A DNA stretch of 64,000 bases, from positions 69,936,001 to 70,000,000 of the forward strand of contig NC_043007.1 of NCBI RefSeq assembly GCF_006345805.1, written 5' to 3'. Origin of the DNA: Octopus sinensis. Taxonomy: Eukaryota. The position numbers and the translations under genes were made by a program. The notes under the pieces were generated by a model, which was not told the DNA's origin, made no database searches, and worked only from the letters and a program-made list of their open reading frames with translations. Positions 38,241-51,505 of this stretch are shown here, piece by piece (position 1 is the first letter of the stretch; the number at the start of each line of letters is the position of its first letter).

Positions 38241-39394
38241 TACACACACACGCACACACACGGCAAACGAATAGAAGTTGCATAGTCACATCCATTAGCT
38301 TAAAGCTGTTTTGGCTATAACATCTTATAACTTCGTTACATATGTTTGTGTGTATGTATGTATGTATGTATGTATGTATGTATGTATGTATGTATGTATG
38401 TATGTATATGTGTGAGTACGCGAGTGAAGGAGAGTATGTGTGTGCATCCATATCCACGCATACATATACAGTGAGAGTGAGAAAGAGAGAGAAAGAGAAA
38501 GAAAGACACAATGAAAGAAAAAGAAAGAAAGAGAAAGGCGGAGAAAAGAAGGAGAGAGTGATAGAGTGAGGTGGGGAGACAGATAGAATAGGATTTAGTG
38601 CAAAAAATATGAGGGAGAATAAATATAATCGCTAGGAAGATAGAATGAGAGAAATAGTGTGTTGAAAAGAGAAAGATAAAGACAGAGAGAGGAAATAAGA
38701 TCGAGAGAGAGGGATCGATGAGGTGTTTACGTAGTGCGTGTTTGTGCGTGTGTGGAGAGAGAAAGAGAGAGAGAGAAAGAGATACAGAGATAGAGATAGA
38801 GAGAGAGAAAGAGAAAAGAGATACACAGAGAGTAAGAGGAAGATGAAAGCATAGAAGCAGCCATAGAGATTAGAGACAAACAACTAATATCTGATCGAGA
38901 ATCGATATTAGTTGATTGTCAATTGGTTTTTGCTTGAAAGTTTTCTCTAATCGAAAAATGAATTAATCGCTCTTACACAGAAATACAAATACTTTATTTC
39001 ACATCAGAACCGATTATTGTTGGCAATCGATTACATATGAAACCATTAGTTGGAACATTCAGCGTGTTTTCTGTTATCTAATGATGAATTTATAACTTTG
39101 ATAATGACGGTAATGATAATAACAAGGTGGTAGTGATGATGGTAATGGGGATGATGATGATGATGATGATGATGATGAAAAGCTAGAAAGAGAGGGATAG
39201 GAAAGTGAAAAAGAGAGAGATAGAGAAGCGTGCGAGAGAGAGGTAGAAAAGCGAGAAATGGAGAGAAGTGAAAGAAGAAGAATTGAAAGACGAATCGAAA
39301 GAAGTGGAAAGAGTATAATGACGACGACGACGACGACGACCACCACCACCACCACCACCACCACCACAACAACAACAACAAAAACAACAATATT

Positions 39395-39614
39395 TTCTAC
39401 TAAAGGCACAAGGCCTGAAATTTTAGGGGTGGGTTGGTGCTGGACGATTACATTGACTTCAGTACTCAAGTGGAAAAATAAAAGGCGAAGCTGACTTCTG
39501 TGGGATTTGAACCTAGAAAGTCAAGACAGAGGAAATGGTGCTAAGTATTTTGTCCAGTGCAGTAACGATTCCGTCAGCTCCTCGCTTTAATAATAATAAA
39601 AATAATAATAATAA

Positions 39615-39664
<50 letters not shown>

Positions 39665-39885
39665 ATGGTTTCAGATTTTGCCACAAAGACCGCAGTTTGA
39701 GGTGGGGATGGGGATAAGTCGATTACATCGACCCCAATGTTTCACTGGTACTTATTTTATCGATCCCGAAGGGGGAAATGTAAAGTCAATCTCGGCAGAG
39801 TTTGAACCCAGAACGTAAAGATGGACGAAACGCCACTACGCATTTTGCCTGGCGCGCTAACGATTCTGCCAGCTCACCACCTTAA
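39395..39885 (-). mobile_element. Two diverged family-A-like SINEs (~39395-39590 and ~39690-39885) separated by (AAT)/(AGT)n
   Basis: Reverse-complement B-box (TTTGAACC) and central blocks. Confidence 0.75.
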
Positions 39886-39909
39886 TAATGATAATAATAA
39901 TAATATAAT

Positions 39910-39942
<33 letters not shown>

Positions 39943-40003
39943 AATAATAATAACAATTCTTCTTCTTCTTCTTCTTCTTCTTCTCTTCTTCTTCTTCTTC
40001 TTC

Positions 40004-40047
<44 letters not shown>

Positions 40048-40074
40048 TTATTATTATTATTATTATTATTATTC

Positions 40075-41130
40075 AAGAAGTGCGGAATAAATCTACCTAA
40101 AAAGAGGCAAGGGACAGTCCCTAGCAGGGATTGAATTACCGAATAGCGACTTGATTAAGCAAATTGAAACGGAAGGATACAAATACCTTGGTGTACTGGA
40201 GTTCAAGGAGATAACGGAAAAAGAAATGAAAGAGCAACAGAAGATGGAATATTTCCAAAGACTGAAGCATTTAAGAAGTGGGCGATAGTATCACTTCGGA
40301 ATTATAAAATGGCAAAAGAAAATGGATGCCATGTCCAGAAAAACGTTAACAGTACATGGAGCCTTCCACCCTATGACTGACACCGATAGAAGAAAGGGTG
40401 GGAGAAATTTGATCAGTTGCCAGGACTGTATTGAAGCAGAGAAAAACAGCCGTGGAGCCCTGTTGAAATACACGAAGAAGGCCAGCGTCATCAAAACTGA
40501 AAATTGCGTAACTAAAGAAAAATTTAAACAAGAAATGAACAAAAAAAAAAAAAGAAAAGAAAAGGCATAGAAAGAAAAGAAAATATACGGTCAGTTTACA
40601 AGTGATGTGAACGTCAGCATAGATACAGAGGACCGGTGGAAATGGATGAGGAGGAGTGACCTGACGATAGAGACAGAAGCACTCATATGCGCAGCTCAGG
40701 AACAAGCATTAAGGACCAAGTATTTGAAGTGCAGAATAGACAACGCTACCGATAGCGACAAATGCAGAATGTGTGGTGAGAGGGGTGAAATGTTAGTGAA
40801 TGCCCGAAATTAACACAACACAAATACAAAAGACACCATGACAATGTGGCAAGAATGATCCATTGGGGGCTCTGTGGAAATCACGGCCTACAAAGAGCAA
40901 AGTCGTGGTATGAGAAAACTCCAGAAGGAGTCACCGAAAATGAGAATTGCAAAATCTTGTGGGATACAATGATCCAGTGTGATCAGCCGACCACCGGACA
41001 GGGTTGCGGTGAATAAAAAAGAAAGAACATGTGTGATAATCGACATACCATACCCCGGTGAATACAGGATCAATGTGAAAGAAGAAAAAATAAGCAAGGT
41101 AGAACACCTTCGAAAATCAGCATTGCTTGG
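40075..41130 (+). mobile_element. R4/Dong-type LINE fragment (post-RT region, zinc finger, start of REL domain)
   Basis: GYKYLGVLE, HGAFHP, ETEALICAAQEQALRT, CRMCGE, HDNVARMIHW, ENENCKILWD. Confidence 0.88.
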
Positions 41131-41249
41131 CACTGTATGACCAGTTAACAAGTGTCACCTTAGTCTGCTGACTGACTGCTGACACTTTCCCTCATACCCA
41201 GCAAAATAAGCTGTGAGTTGTCGTACAACAACAACAACAACAACAACAT

Positions 41250-41945
41250 CTATAATAGCGAATAGAGCATATGAATTATTAGACAATAGGGAGTTATTCC
41301 CAGTGGAACAAAAAGGATGTAAAGGGAGTTCATATGGATGAAAGGACCAATTACTGATTGATAAATCGGTCGTTGAAAATTGCAAATCTAAAAGCAGAAA
41401 CCTTAACACTGCTTGGATAAATTACAAGAAGGCTTTTGACAGTGTCCCCCGTGAATGATCATCAAAGCCCTGGAAATTTACAAGATAACTCCAACAATTG
41501 TGAACTTTTTAAAAGTAATCATGAATTCGTGCAGAGCCACCATCATTTTAAATCATACACAAGCCCACACCTCGTCAGACATCAATATCACCTGTGGTAT
41601 CTTTCAAAGTGATTCATTATCACCATTACTATACTGCATCGCTCTGTTCCATTTGTCCACGCAACTGAATAATGCTAAGAGAAGGTATAAGAGCTTTGAC
41701 CAGAAAATTAATCATCTACTCTATATGGATGATCTAAAACTGTTTGCCAAAAACGATAAAGAATTAGAAGAGCTCCTGAATTTTGTCAAAGAATTCAGCT
41801 CTGATATAGATACGGAATTCGGACTTGATAAATGTGCAAAGGCTACTTTCAAGGCAGGAAAGTTCATAAAGGTAGAAAACATAGAACTTGATACTACCAC
41901 AGCTATTCGAAATTTAGACCAATCCGAAGTATACAAATATCTGGG
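41250..41945 (+). mobile_element. R4/Dong-type LINE reverse transcriptase fragment
   Basis: EQKGC, AWINYKKAFDSVP, GIFQSDSLSPLLY, NHLLYMDDLKLFA, FGLDKCAK, YKYLG. Confidence 0.92.
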
Positions 41946-41959
41946 AACAAAGAAATACT

Positions 41960-42830
41960 TCGGAACAGAAGTTTGTTCCCCGAAAGGGCAGGGAACTCCA
42001 AAGGCTATTCGTAGACACCTCTTAAAAGCACAACCACCCCACCAATAGTGTTAGTGCTCTCTCCCAATCTTCCTCTTGCAATCTACAGACCTATACTCAG
42101 AGTAAAACGGTTCACTCAGACCAAAGTCGTTCACTCAGACCATCCTTGTCACTCTCAACAAATCTGCTTTAAAGCAACACTTCCTCACCCACCCACACTT
42201 CATTTTCAAGTGAAGCTTTAAAAATTTGATGAGGACTTGACGAAAGAGGAAAGTGTCCCTTTCCAGCCTTTTTAATGCTGTCTACCACAACCTCTTTCGT
42301 CAAAGTCAACAGACAGATGAAAACTGGCTGTCCTTCCCAGCCAAAGGAAGACGGTGGGACGATCTTCAGAATGGATTAAGTTGATAGACGGATCCATCCT
42401 ACATGTAACAGCGGGTGTTCGACATGACTCCACAAGTTAGACCTGCTTATACTGGTCAGATAATATGCCACTTGGTTGCACTCCCAGATCGGGAATTTCT
42501 GGAAATTATCCGTGAGCTCTCGATTCAAAAGTCCTCCGAAACAGATCACCTAGTTGATTTTTCTCGATGCTTAAGCTTTCTCAAGAGCGTCACTAACCCT
42601 CTATAGAAAGTTTGAGTGGACTTTCCATCAACTGCATTGTTTGACCGGCAGAGGGCTGCAAGCGCCAGACAACCCTAGGCACCAGGCATTCTACTTTGGT
42701 CTACATTGGATCCAGGAATGAAGCTTAGTCAAAGAGGTGAGCTGTGTAAAAGCAACTGTGACAAGCAGCAGCCACGCATGTTTACCACCAAGGAAATGCT
42801 GGTAATACCTGCGTATCATCAGCTGCGGTA
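41960..42830 (-). mobile_element. L1-Tx1-like LINE 3' fragment, degenerate
   Basis: TDNFQK, SILKIVPP, VFICLLTLTKEVV blocks matching the 26313 element. Confidence 0.7.
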
Positions 42831-43666
42831 TGTCCTGTCCTTCATGAATGCTTGTCGATCAGAAACTCTAGTCTCGCAGATGACTATTGCATCTATATCT
42901 AGTCTCTTGAGTCGTCGAGAAGGTACCCCTTCTTCAACGGTGGGTCCAGATTACATGCGCTCACACTTCCTATTCTGAGTGCGGCCATGTTTGATAAGAG
43001 AAAAGAAAGTGAAAACAACACTTTATTTTTATGGAAGAACAGCTGTTCCGTCTTTTCAGCTGTTTCGGATGTTTCTACGAGTATTTCTTTATAGAGTCTT
43101 TTATTTATAGTATCCCTCTGAAGTCTCCTATATCTTTGGAGTATGGGGTATTCACTTTTATAATGGCTTATGTGTGTTGTAATATTTGAATGATCTTTAT
43201 GTATAGCGGAATGCTATTCCTTAATATAATGTAGTTATCGCGTGTTGCTTGTATTTTGGTGTATTTGGTTCAATAGCGTTTTTATCGTTTTTGTGATTTT
43301 ATCCTTTGTGTTTATGTAGTTAATGATTTCTTTTTACTTTTGTTTTGGTAATCTGTTCCAATTGTTGGAGTACGCGTGACGTTAGTTGAGCTTGTGATGA
43401 TGGCATCTGTGATAGGAGTGGTGGAGGTAGTATGGTAGCAGTGGTGGTTATGGGATGATAGTGTTGATAATACTGGTGTAAGAGCTGTAGAGAGTGGTGT
43501 TAGAGAACATCGTTGCTTAAAGGACCCACCGCCATTCTTTCGTATCTCCCGTTTTTTATTGTTTGGCATATTTTGGTTTCTTTTCTTTTTTCCAATTCGT
43601 TACTGTTTGTCACTTAGTCTCTTCCAGACATATTACACGATATGTCTATGTAATGTGAGCCAGAGA

Positions 43667-43923
43667 AATTACCACCTGTGAAGGGTAGGAGAGTCCAGTT
43701 TGCTGGACATTGTTGTAGAGCTGAAAAAGAAGTAATTTCTACTCTTCTCCTCTGGAAGCCATCTACTCGCAACACCAGAGGGCGCACACTCTCCTACCCT
43801 GATGTAATCTCCAGGGATACAGGCATCCAGCAACAGGACCTCCGTAATGCTATGATGGACCGTGAAGTCTGGCGCAACATGGTAAATTCCATTGTCTCGA
43901 CCACGGTCGAACAATGATGATGA
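43667..43923 (+). mobile_element. RTE-type LINE 3' end with (TGA)n tail and 11-bp TSD
   Basis: RRVQFAGHCCRA..LLLWKP..RGR..DREVWRNMV; TGAGCCAGAGA at 43656-43666 and 43924-43934. Confidence 0.85.
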
Positions 43924-44255
43924 TGAGCCAGAGAGGTGTATGCCTTGGGGAGGTTTGTGTTATTGTTTCATTGTTGATATAGTTGTTGTTTTGGACGTTT
44001 TGTTGTTGCTGTTGATGCTGCTGTGATGCTGTGGTCCCAATAGTGCTAATTGTGGCTTGTTTTGGTCGCTGCTGTTTCTCCTTCTGTTGTTGGTTTTGTC
44101 GTTGCTGTTGTTGCTACAGTACTGCAGTCTCTGTTGCCATTGTTGTTGCTGCAATTGTAGCTGCTGCTGCTGTCACTGCTTCTTTTGCAATAGCTGGTTT
44201 TACACTTGCTCTCATTACTGCCGTTGTTACTGTTGCAACCGCAAATGCTTTTGCG

Positions 44256-44775
44256 ACCATAAATCCTCGAGTATAATACGCATTTTCCCCCCAAAATTTA
44301 AAGGTCAAAATCCCTAATGCGTACTATATACGAAGTTAAAAAGGAAAATTATTTTCTAATCAATGTCCGAGACTCTATTTGCTGTCCGGCAATGTTTATT
44401 CAGATGCATTTTGTGATGTCGGGCGCGAAAATACCTTAAGCTAAGCCTGAAAGCAACAAAGTCATAAAAGAATCATCCATAACTTGCAGTAAGCAACATT
44501 TATTAAACGTTATTACTGTTATTACTGTTATTTCTTTATTTTCTGCAAACAAAAGGCACAAAAAGCAACACGTTTGCATTATGTTATATATACAATAATA
44601 ATAAAGGACGTTACCATATACATTTTTACTAACCAAGGACGTTATATAGACCTCCTTGACTCAAGTTAGAGGAGTGCGTTTTATACACAAGGTTTAGGTT
44701 TTTCAGAGGTACATCCCCCTAAAAATCCCCTGCGTATTATACTCAAGGGCGGACTATACTCGAGGATTTACGGTA
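44256..44775. mobile_element. pogo/Tigger-like MITE
   Basis: Terminal inverted repeats ACC(A/G)TAAATCCTCGAGTATA; no coding capacity. Confidence 0.75.
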
Positions 44776-44829
44776 TTCTTGTTGCTGCTGCTGTCGTGGT
44801 GATGATAACGATAGACGTGATGATCTTCT

Positions 44830-45330
44830 GTCTCTCCCTCTTTGCTGTGGTTTGTGTTACCATACAAGTGGCACCTTACTTGTCTGCTCTCAACGCCCAC
44901 GTATAGTTTTATGCCATTTGGCTGAGTGATCAGATCCGGGATGGACTCCGTGCTTTGGTGATCTGTTCGTATCAATGACACAACTCCTTAGGCCGACAAA
45001 CTTTGTTCCAGCAGCTTCAGGACTTGCAGAATATTTGTGGTGCCCTCTATATCGAAAAAGACAGGCGCTACCCAACAAGAAGATGTTTATTACTGGTATT
45101 CTGTCGACTAGCTTTATTTTAACTGCTCTGCATCCAATGTGCAACGATGCTCCAGATCGGTCTGAGGCACGTTTAAATCTGTTCCAAAGGTTTTGTGTAT
45201 CATACTTCTGAAGTTGGTCTGTTGTCTGATGGATTTTGTCTAGACACAGTGAGAATGTTTTGATGCATTTTAAAAAATTTCTTCCAGCGATAAAATAATT
45301 TCTTCACTTTGGCTAGCCACGTCAACAAAT
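44830..45330 (-). pseudogene. Probable Tx1-like LINE ORF1 (gag-like) remnant
   Basis: IPDLITQPNGIKLYVGVESRQVRCHLYGNTNH resembles the Tx1 ORF1 V.VEGR...C..CG...H knuckle. Confidence 0.5.
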
Positions 45331-45966
45331 CCACCAACATTAAATTTGCATGTTGTCGTGTTTTTATTTTTGTGTTGGTGTTTATGGTGTTGGTGGCGGC
45401 GGAGGTGGAAAGTACAGGCGTATTAAAGGACAATTTGATAATTTCTTTTCTGTTTCACATTCTCTTTCGTTGCTAATGTTTTTCCTTGTTTTCATTTTCT
45501 TTGTTGTCGTTAGTGTTGTTGTTGTTGTTGTTTCGGTCTGTAAAAGCTGTGGCAGTGGTGGTTGTCGCAGTGTTGAGAAGACGGCGTCAAAATAGCTGTT
45601 CTAATTTCTGTTCTCCCTTCCCCTGACTATTTGCCGTAAAATTTGACGCCATATTATTTTGCTATTTTTATAAAAATGGATAAATTTTACAAATTAAAAT
45701 ACAAATTCCACCCCGAAGGGGCGAAAATTTAACAAAGCCAGCAGCCTACCGACTTTTTAATAAGCTTGACTTTTTAATAAGCTGATACAATAAATGAATA
45801 AATGAATTAAAATGAAGGAAACAAATACAGTTCTTAAAAACAACAAAATTCAACAATAATTCACAAGCTTCGAAAAGACCTCCTACACAACAGCAACAGC
45901 AAAAACAACAATAACAACAGCAACTGCAACAACAACAGCTGCAGCCGCAGCAGCAACAACAACAAC

Positions 45967-46042
<76 letters not shown>

Positions 46043-46153
46043 GTTGCGTGTCTAATCTGGGAATGCATACAATGAGCTTCTCTGCCCTAGATGTACGGAA
46101 AACACTCGGCGAGAAATGGGAGAAAATTTTAAGAAAGAAGGAAAAAATATAAC

Positions 46154-46251
<98 letters not shown>

Positions 46252-46262
46252 TGATGATGATG

Positions 46263-46330
<68 letters not shown>

Positions 46331-46331
<1 letters not shown>

Positions 46332-46884
46332 CCCTGATGCAGTACCAGGCATTGGCTCTCATGGCTTCTGATCTTAACTGATTGGAAGTGTTATCATGTA
46401 CATTGTTTTGTCTTGGTATAAAAGATGGGCTACAGCAAATATTCTGCTCAATACCACAGATTTGGTTGTCAGTTGTTTGACCTTAACCAGTTGAGCATGT
46501 CCCTTAGTGGCTGACGATATGTGCATTTCTGATCATGAGCAGAAGTAGTGGGGGAGCATCATAGCCATGTGTTGAGAGGGATTCTTTGGGGTTTGAATAA
46601 TTCACCTCTGGAAACATGGGTGGTTCTTTCAACATCCTTAAACAACCCTTATTCAGGGACCTTTTGAGCGGGATGGGCTACTCAACCTGAAGAAAATTCT
46701 AACTGGGCCCCACCTGCAAGGTCATGTGCTGTTTATCTTGATATGAGATCACCATGTCGCGCACATATGGTTGTGATGCATGTGCCTGGTGTACCTTTAT
46801 CAGACGGGTAGTCATGATGGGTATATTGGGCTTCGTATATTTTACCCCAGTGTCACTTTGATGGCATGCACTGCTCTCTCACTC
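46331..46884 (+). mobile_element. ~555-bp non-coding element in (AAT)n, copy 1 (full length)
   Basis: Starts GCCCTGATGCAGTACC, ends CTCTCTCACTC; (AAT)n on both sides. Confidence 0.9.
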
Positions 46885-46955
<71 letters not shown>

Positions 46956-46989
46956 GATACATAAAAGGAAATATATATATAAAAAAAAA

Positions 46990-47275
46990 GACATGGCCGA
47001 TTTGACGGTTTCATATTCTGAAAATTAAGCAAGCAGTTTGGAAGTTGTAGAAAAAATGTCCATGCATACAGTATAACAGATCTGAGGGAATAATAAAGTG
47101 ACAATATTCTAAGAAATGCCAGCAGTTCATCCAGGCACGGAGAGTAAAGCAATTCGTCGAGATATTCTTGCAAAATCTCTTGTAATCGAAGTATCGATTC
47201 CAACGATCAACAATCTACCGCTCAAGGATATTGAAAAACTATCCGAATATATAGACTTAGAAATAGAGATAGTAT
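46990..47275 (+). mobile_element. R4/Dong REL-endonuclease remnant, highly degenerate
   Basis: NKVTIL, IEVSIP, DIEKLSEYIDLEIEI. Confidence 0.65.
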
Positions 47276-47629
47276 AATAAAAATTAGAATAACAACAACA
47301 ACAACAACAACAATAATAATGATGATGATGATGATGATGATGATGATGTAATTTTTTGCCACCAGGGCAAAGGATGAAGAGGACAATACAAAGACAGCTG
47401 CAGTGTTGGGGGTTTACAAATAATGAAATGATAAAATAAATAAATAACAGAAAAAAGAGTAAGTATGCACGGTATACAATGAAAAGGAAGGGAAATATAC
47501 ACAGTATACAAAGGTTAAAAGAAGAAGAAGAAGAAGAAGAAGAAGAAGAAGAAGAAGAAGAAGAAGAAGAAGAAGAAGAAGAAGAAGAAGAAGAAGAAGA
47601 AGAAGAAGAAGAAGAAGAAAACTATAAAG

Positions 47630-48778
47630 CAACTAAAATCCAAAGTAAAACTGGAACTATAAAATCCCACGATAAAATGATGACAAGAAAAGCCATTAAA
47701 TAGCAAATATTGAGATAAGCTAAACAGAGAAAAAAAGAAAATAGACATGGTAAAATACCAATACTGGTTGAAAAATTCGGATCTCAAAGCAGAGACAGAA
47801 GTGATTTTAATTGTGACACAAGATCAAAACCTCCACATCAGACACCACGAAAAACACATAATAAGGAAAACTACAATACATAAGTGCAGAATACGTGTGA
47901 TGGAGAAGAAACAATAAATCATATTAACTCTGGTTGTCCAGTTCTGGCCAAAAAGCAATGCACCCAGACATGAAAGAGTCGGGATTTTTATACACAGGAA
48001 GCTTCGCCAGCATTGCGAAATGACAAGAGGAACAAGATGGAATAGGTATTCCCTCGCCCAAAGTCTCAGAAAATGATAGAGCAACCATACCCTAGGATGT
48101 GTCAATACACACAGATAGAGAGATCAAGACTAATATGTCAGATATTGTTGACAGGGACAACCAAGAAAAAATACGCCTTCTAATTAACACATCAATCTCA
48201 ACAGATGACAATACGTCTCTAAAAGTGTTGTGTGGACGCCCCCAGACGATGAAGTAGGCTAGCCCAATACGTAGATATAGAGGGAGAAGTCAGAGGGTAG
48301 TAGAGACTAGAGTCGAGCAGAGTTGAGTAGAAGGCATCCGAACGTGCGAAATAACAGTGGCGACGAGGATTTCGTAGCTCACACAACCACTGTGTTGTAC
48401 TGCGATATAACAGAGGCGACGAGGATTTCGTAGCTCACACAGCCACTGTGTAGTATTGCGACATAACAAAAAGAAACGGGAAGACTATCAAAATACAAAG
48501 ATCTGGAAATAGGGATAACCCAAATGTAGGGCGTGAAGATAGAAATAATCCTTATAATAGTAGGTGCATTAGGCATGGTTAAAAAAGCATACCGAAAAAT
48601 ACATAACCAAAACACTAAGGCTTCTGAATAGGCATAACACAGAAAATAGCATTGTTAGGCGCCGCACATAACCTACCGGAAGTACTTTAAATACAGTAAA
48701 AGTAACAACACAAAAACAAGCCACAACACATACCCAAGGCATACAGAGCTGTGTTCGGTGGTTCAGTGAAAGAACGTA
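47630..48778 (+). mobile_element. R4/Dong LINE 3' end (zinc finger, REL, 3' UTR) interrupted by the LTR insertion
   Basis: SDLKAETE, KCRI..GEETINHI.SGCPVLAK, LSKYKDLEI, IIVGALG; the 3' UTR matches 60960-61070 and ends in (AAT)n. Confidence 0.88.
48226..48468 (+). mobile_element. Miniature LTR-type element (TGT...ACA) with tRNA primer-binding site and 5-bp TSD
   Basis: AAAAG at 48221-25 and 48469-73; TGGCGACGAGGAT at 48358-70; 56-bp internal tandem repeat. Confidence 0.8.
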
Positions 48779-48836
48779 ATAATAATAATAATAATAATGA
48801 TAATAATAATAATAATGATAATAATAAGACGAAGAA

Positions 48837-48906
<70 letters not shown>

Positions 48907-48943
48907 TATTACTACTACTACTTCTACTACTAGTAATGATAAC

Positions 48944-48988
<45 letters not shown>

Positions 48989-49001
48989 AATAATAATAAT
49001 A

Positions 49002-49520
49002 CATGGCTTCTGATCTTAACTGATTGAAGTGTTATCATGTACATTGTTTGTCTTGGTATAAAAGATGGGCTACAGCAAATATTCTGCTCAACCACAGATT
49101 TGCTTGTCAGTTGTTTGACCTTAACCAGTTGAGCATGTCCCTTAGTGGCTGACGATATGTGCATCTCTGATCACGAGCAGAAGTAGTGGGGGAGCATCAT
49201 AGCCATGTGTTGAGAGGGATGCTTTGGGGTTTGAATAGTTCACCTCTGGAAACATGGTGGTTCTTTCAACATCCTTAACCAACCCTTATTCGGGGACCGT
49301 TTGAGCGGGATGGGCTACTCAACCTGAAGAAAATTCAAACTGGGCCCCACCTGCAGGTCATGTGCTGTTTATCTTGATATGAGATCACCATGTCGCGCAC
49401 ATATGGTTGTGATGCATGTGCCTGGTGTACCTTTATCAGACGGGTAGTCATGATGGGTATATTGGGCTTCGTATATTTTACCCCAGTGTCACTTTGATGG
49501 CATGAACTGCTCTCTCACTC
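49002..49520 (+). mobile_element. ~555-bp (AAT)n element, copy 2 (5'-truncated by ~29 nt)
   Basis: Near-identical to copy 1. Confidence 0.9.
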
Positions 49521-49554
<34 letters not shown>

Positions 49555-50111
49555 GCCCTGATGCAGTACCAGGCAGTGGCTCTCGTGGCTTCTGATCTTA
49601 ACTGATTGGAAGTGTTATCATGTACATTGTTTGTCTTGGTATAAAAGATGAGCTACAGCAAATATTCTGCTCCAAACCACAGATTTGCTTGTCAGTTGTT
49701 TGACCTTAACCAGTTGAGCATGTCCCTTAGTGGCTGACTGACGATATGTGCATCTCTAATCACGAGCAGAAGTAGTGGGGGAGCATCATAGCCATGTGTT
49801 GAGAGGGATTCTTTGAGGTTTGAATAATTCACCTCTGGAAATATGGGTGTTTCATTCAACATCCTTAAACAACCCTTATTCAGGGACCTTTTGAGCGGGA
49901 TGGGTTACTCAACCAGAAGAAAATTCTAACTGGGCCCCACCTGCAAGGTCATGCGTTGTTTATCTTGATATTAGATCACCATGTCGCGCACACATGGTTG
50001 TGATGCATGTGCCTAGTGTACCCTTATCAGACGGGCAGTCATGATGGGTATACTGGGCTTCGTATATTTTACCCCAGTGTCACTTTGATGGCATGCACTG
50101 CTCGCTCACTC
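49555..50111 (+). mobile_element. ~555-bp (AAT)n element, copy 3 (full length)
   Basis: Near-identical to copy 1. Confidence 0.9.
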
Positions 50112-50185
<74 letters not shown>

Positions 50186-50716
50186 GTGGCTCTCATGGCT
50201 TCTGATCTTAACTGATTGGAAGTGTTATCATGTACATTGTTTTGTCTTGGTATAAAAGATGGGCTACAGCAAATATTCTGCTCAATACCACAGATTTGTT
50301 TGTCAGTTGTTTGACCATAACCAGTTGAGCATGTCCCTTAGTGGCTGACGATATGTGCATCTCTGATCACGAGCAGAAGTAGTGGGGGAGCATCATAGCC
50401 ATGTGTTGAGAGGGATTCTTTGGGTTTGAATAATTCACCTCTGAAACATGGGTGGTTCTTTCAACATCCTTAAACAACCCTTATTCAGGGACCGTTTGAG
50501 CGGGATGGGCTACTCAACCTGAAGAAAATTCTAACTGGGCTCCACCTGCAAGGTCATGTGCTGTTTATCTTGATATGAGATCACCATGTCGCGCACATAT
50601 GGTTGTGATGCATGTGCCTGGTGTACCTTTATCAGACGGGTAGTCATGATGGGTATATTGGGCTTCGTATATTTTACCCCAGTGTCACTTTGATGGCATG
50701 AACTGCTCTCTCACTC
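50186..50716 (+). mobile_element. ~555-bp (AAT)n element, copy 4 (5'-truncated by ~21 nt)
   Basis: Near-identical to copy 1. Confidence 0.9.
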
Positions 50717-50729
50717 AATAATAATAATA

Positions 50730-50804
50730 ACGAGTTCTTTATTAACCACAATGGTTTACATTAAAAAAACCATTATGGACAGCACAGGACAAAACAAAGA
50801 ACGC

Positions 50805-50835
<31 letters not shown>

Positions 50836-50885
50836 AATGTGTATTCTTGTGAGTGTTTTGCGTGTAAAGACTAACAAAATTTTAC
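50730..50885 (-). mobile_element. Probable Tx1-like LINE 3' UTR end
   Basis: Similar to 16145-16270. Confidence 0.5.
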
Positions 50886-50957
50886 AAAAAGAAAAAAGAG
50901 ATAAAAAGAAATCAACAATATGTAATCCTCAAACAAGTATATCATAATCACACTAAG

Positions 50958-51235
50958 TGGAAGCACATGGCCCAGTGGTTAGAGCAGCGGACTCGCGGTC
51001 GAGGGATCGCGGGTTCGAATTTCAGACAGGGCGATGTATGTGTTAATGAGCGAAACACCTAAGCTTTACGCGGCTCCGGCAACTTATGCTGACTCTTTCG
51101 CCACAACTTCCTCTCACTCTTTCCTCCTGCATCTTGCAGCTCTCCTGCGACGGACCGGCGTCCCGTTCAGGTAGGTAACCTATACGCCAAGGAAACCGGG
51201 AAACTGGCCCTTATGAGAAGGAACAAACAAAACCA
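50958..51235 (+). mobile_element. tRNA-derived SINE (family C)
   Basis: TGGCCCAGTGGTTAGAGC A-box, GGGTTCGAATT B-box; homologous to 2417. Confidence 0.85.
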
Positions 51236-51505
51236 TTATTTAAACATATTAACAACACCCAGAAAATTGCTCTCTTCCGTTTTACACTTATACGAATTCG
51301 AATACTGTCAATATAACGTCAAATCAGCAAAGTAAAATATTCCACGTTCTCAAACTATTCTGAGCTGTGTACATCTGCACAGTGAAATCATTCCTTGAAA
51401 GTAATTTTAAATTAAATAAATTTACTGAAATAATAAAAGACATTGCTCTTTCTAGGAAGAAATTTAGACCGGAATTTGGTTTATACCATAATTCATTAAC
51501 AATAG

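Noticed and set aside
46500-46720. CTGACGA and CTGAAGA heptamers inside the 555-bp element
   Set aside because: No stem II-GAAA-UH arrangement follows either; I found no ribozyme fold in this unit.
46331-50716. Repeat-spacer appearance suggesting CRISPR (also the 56-bp repeats at 48351-48468)
   Set aside because: The context is eukaryotic, the repeats are far too long or too few, the spacers are microsatellites or near-identical, and there are no cas genes.
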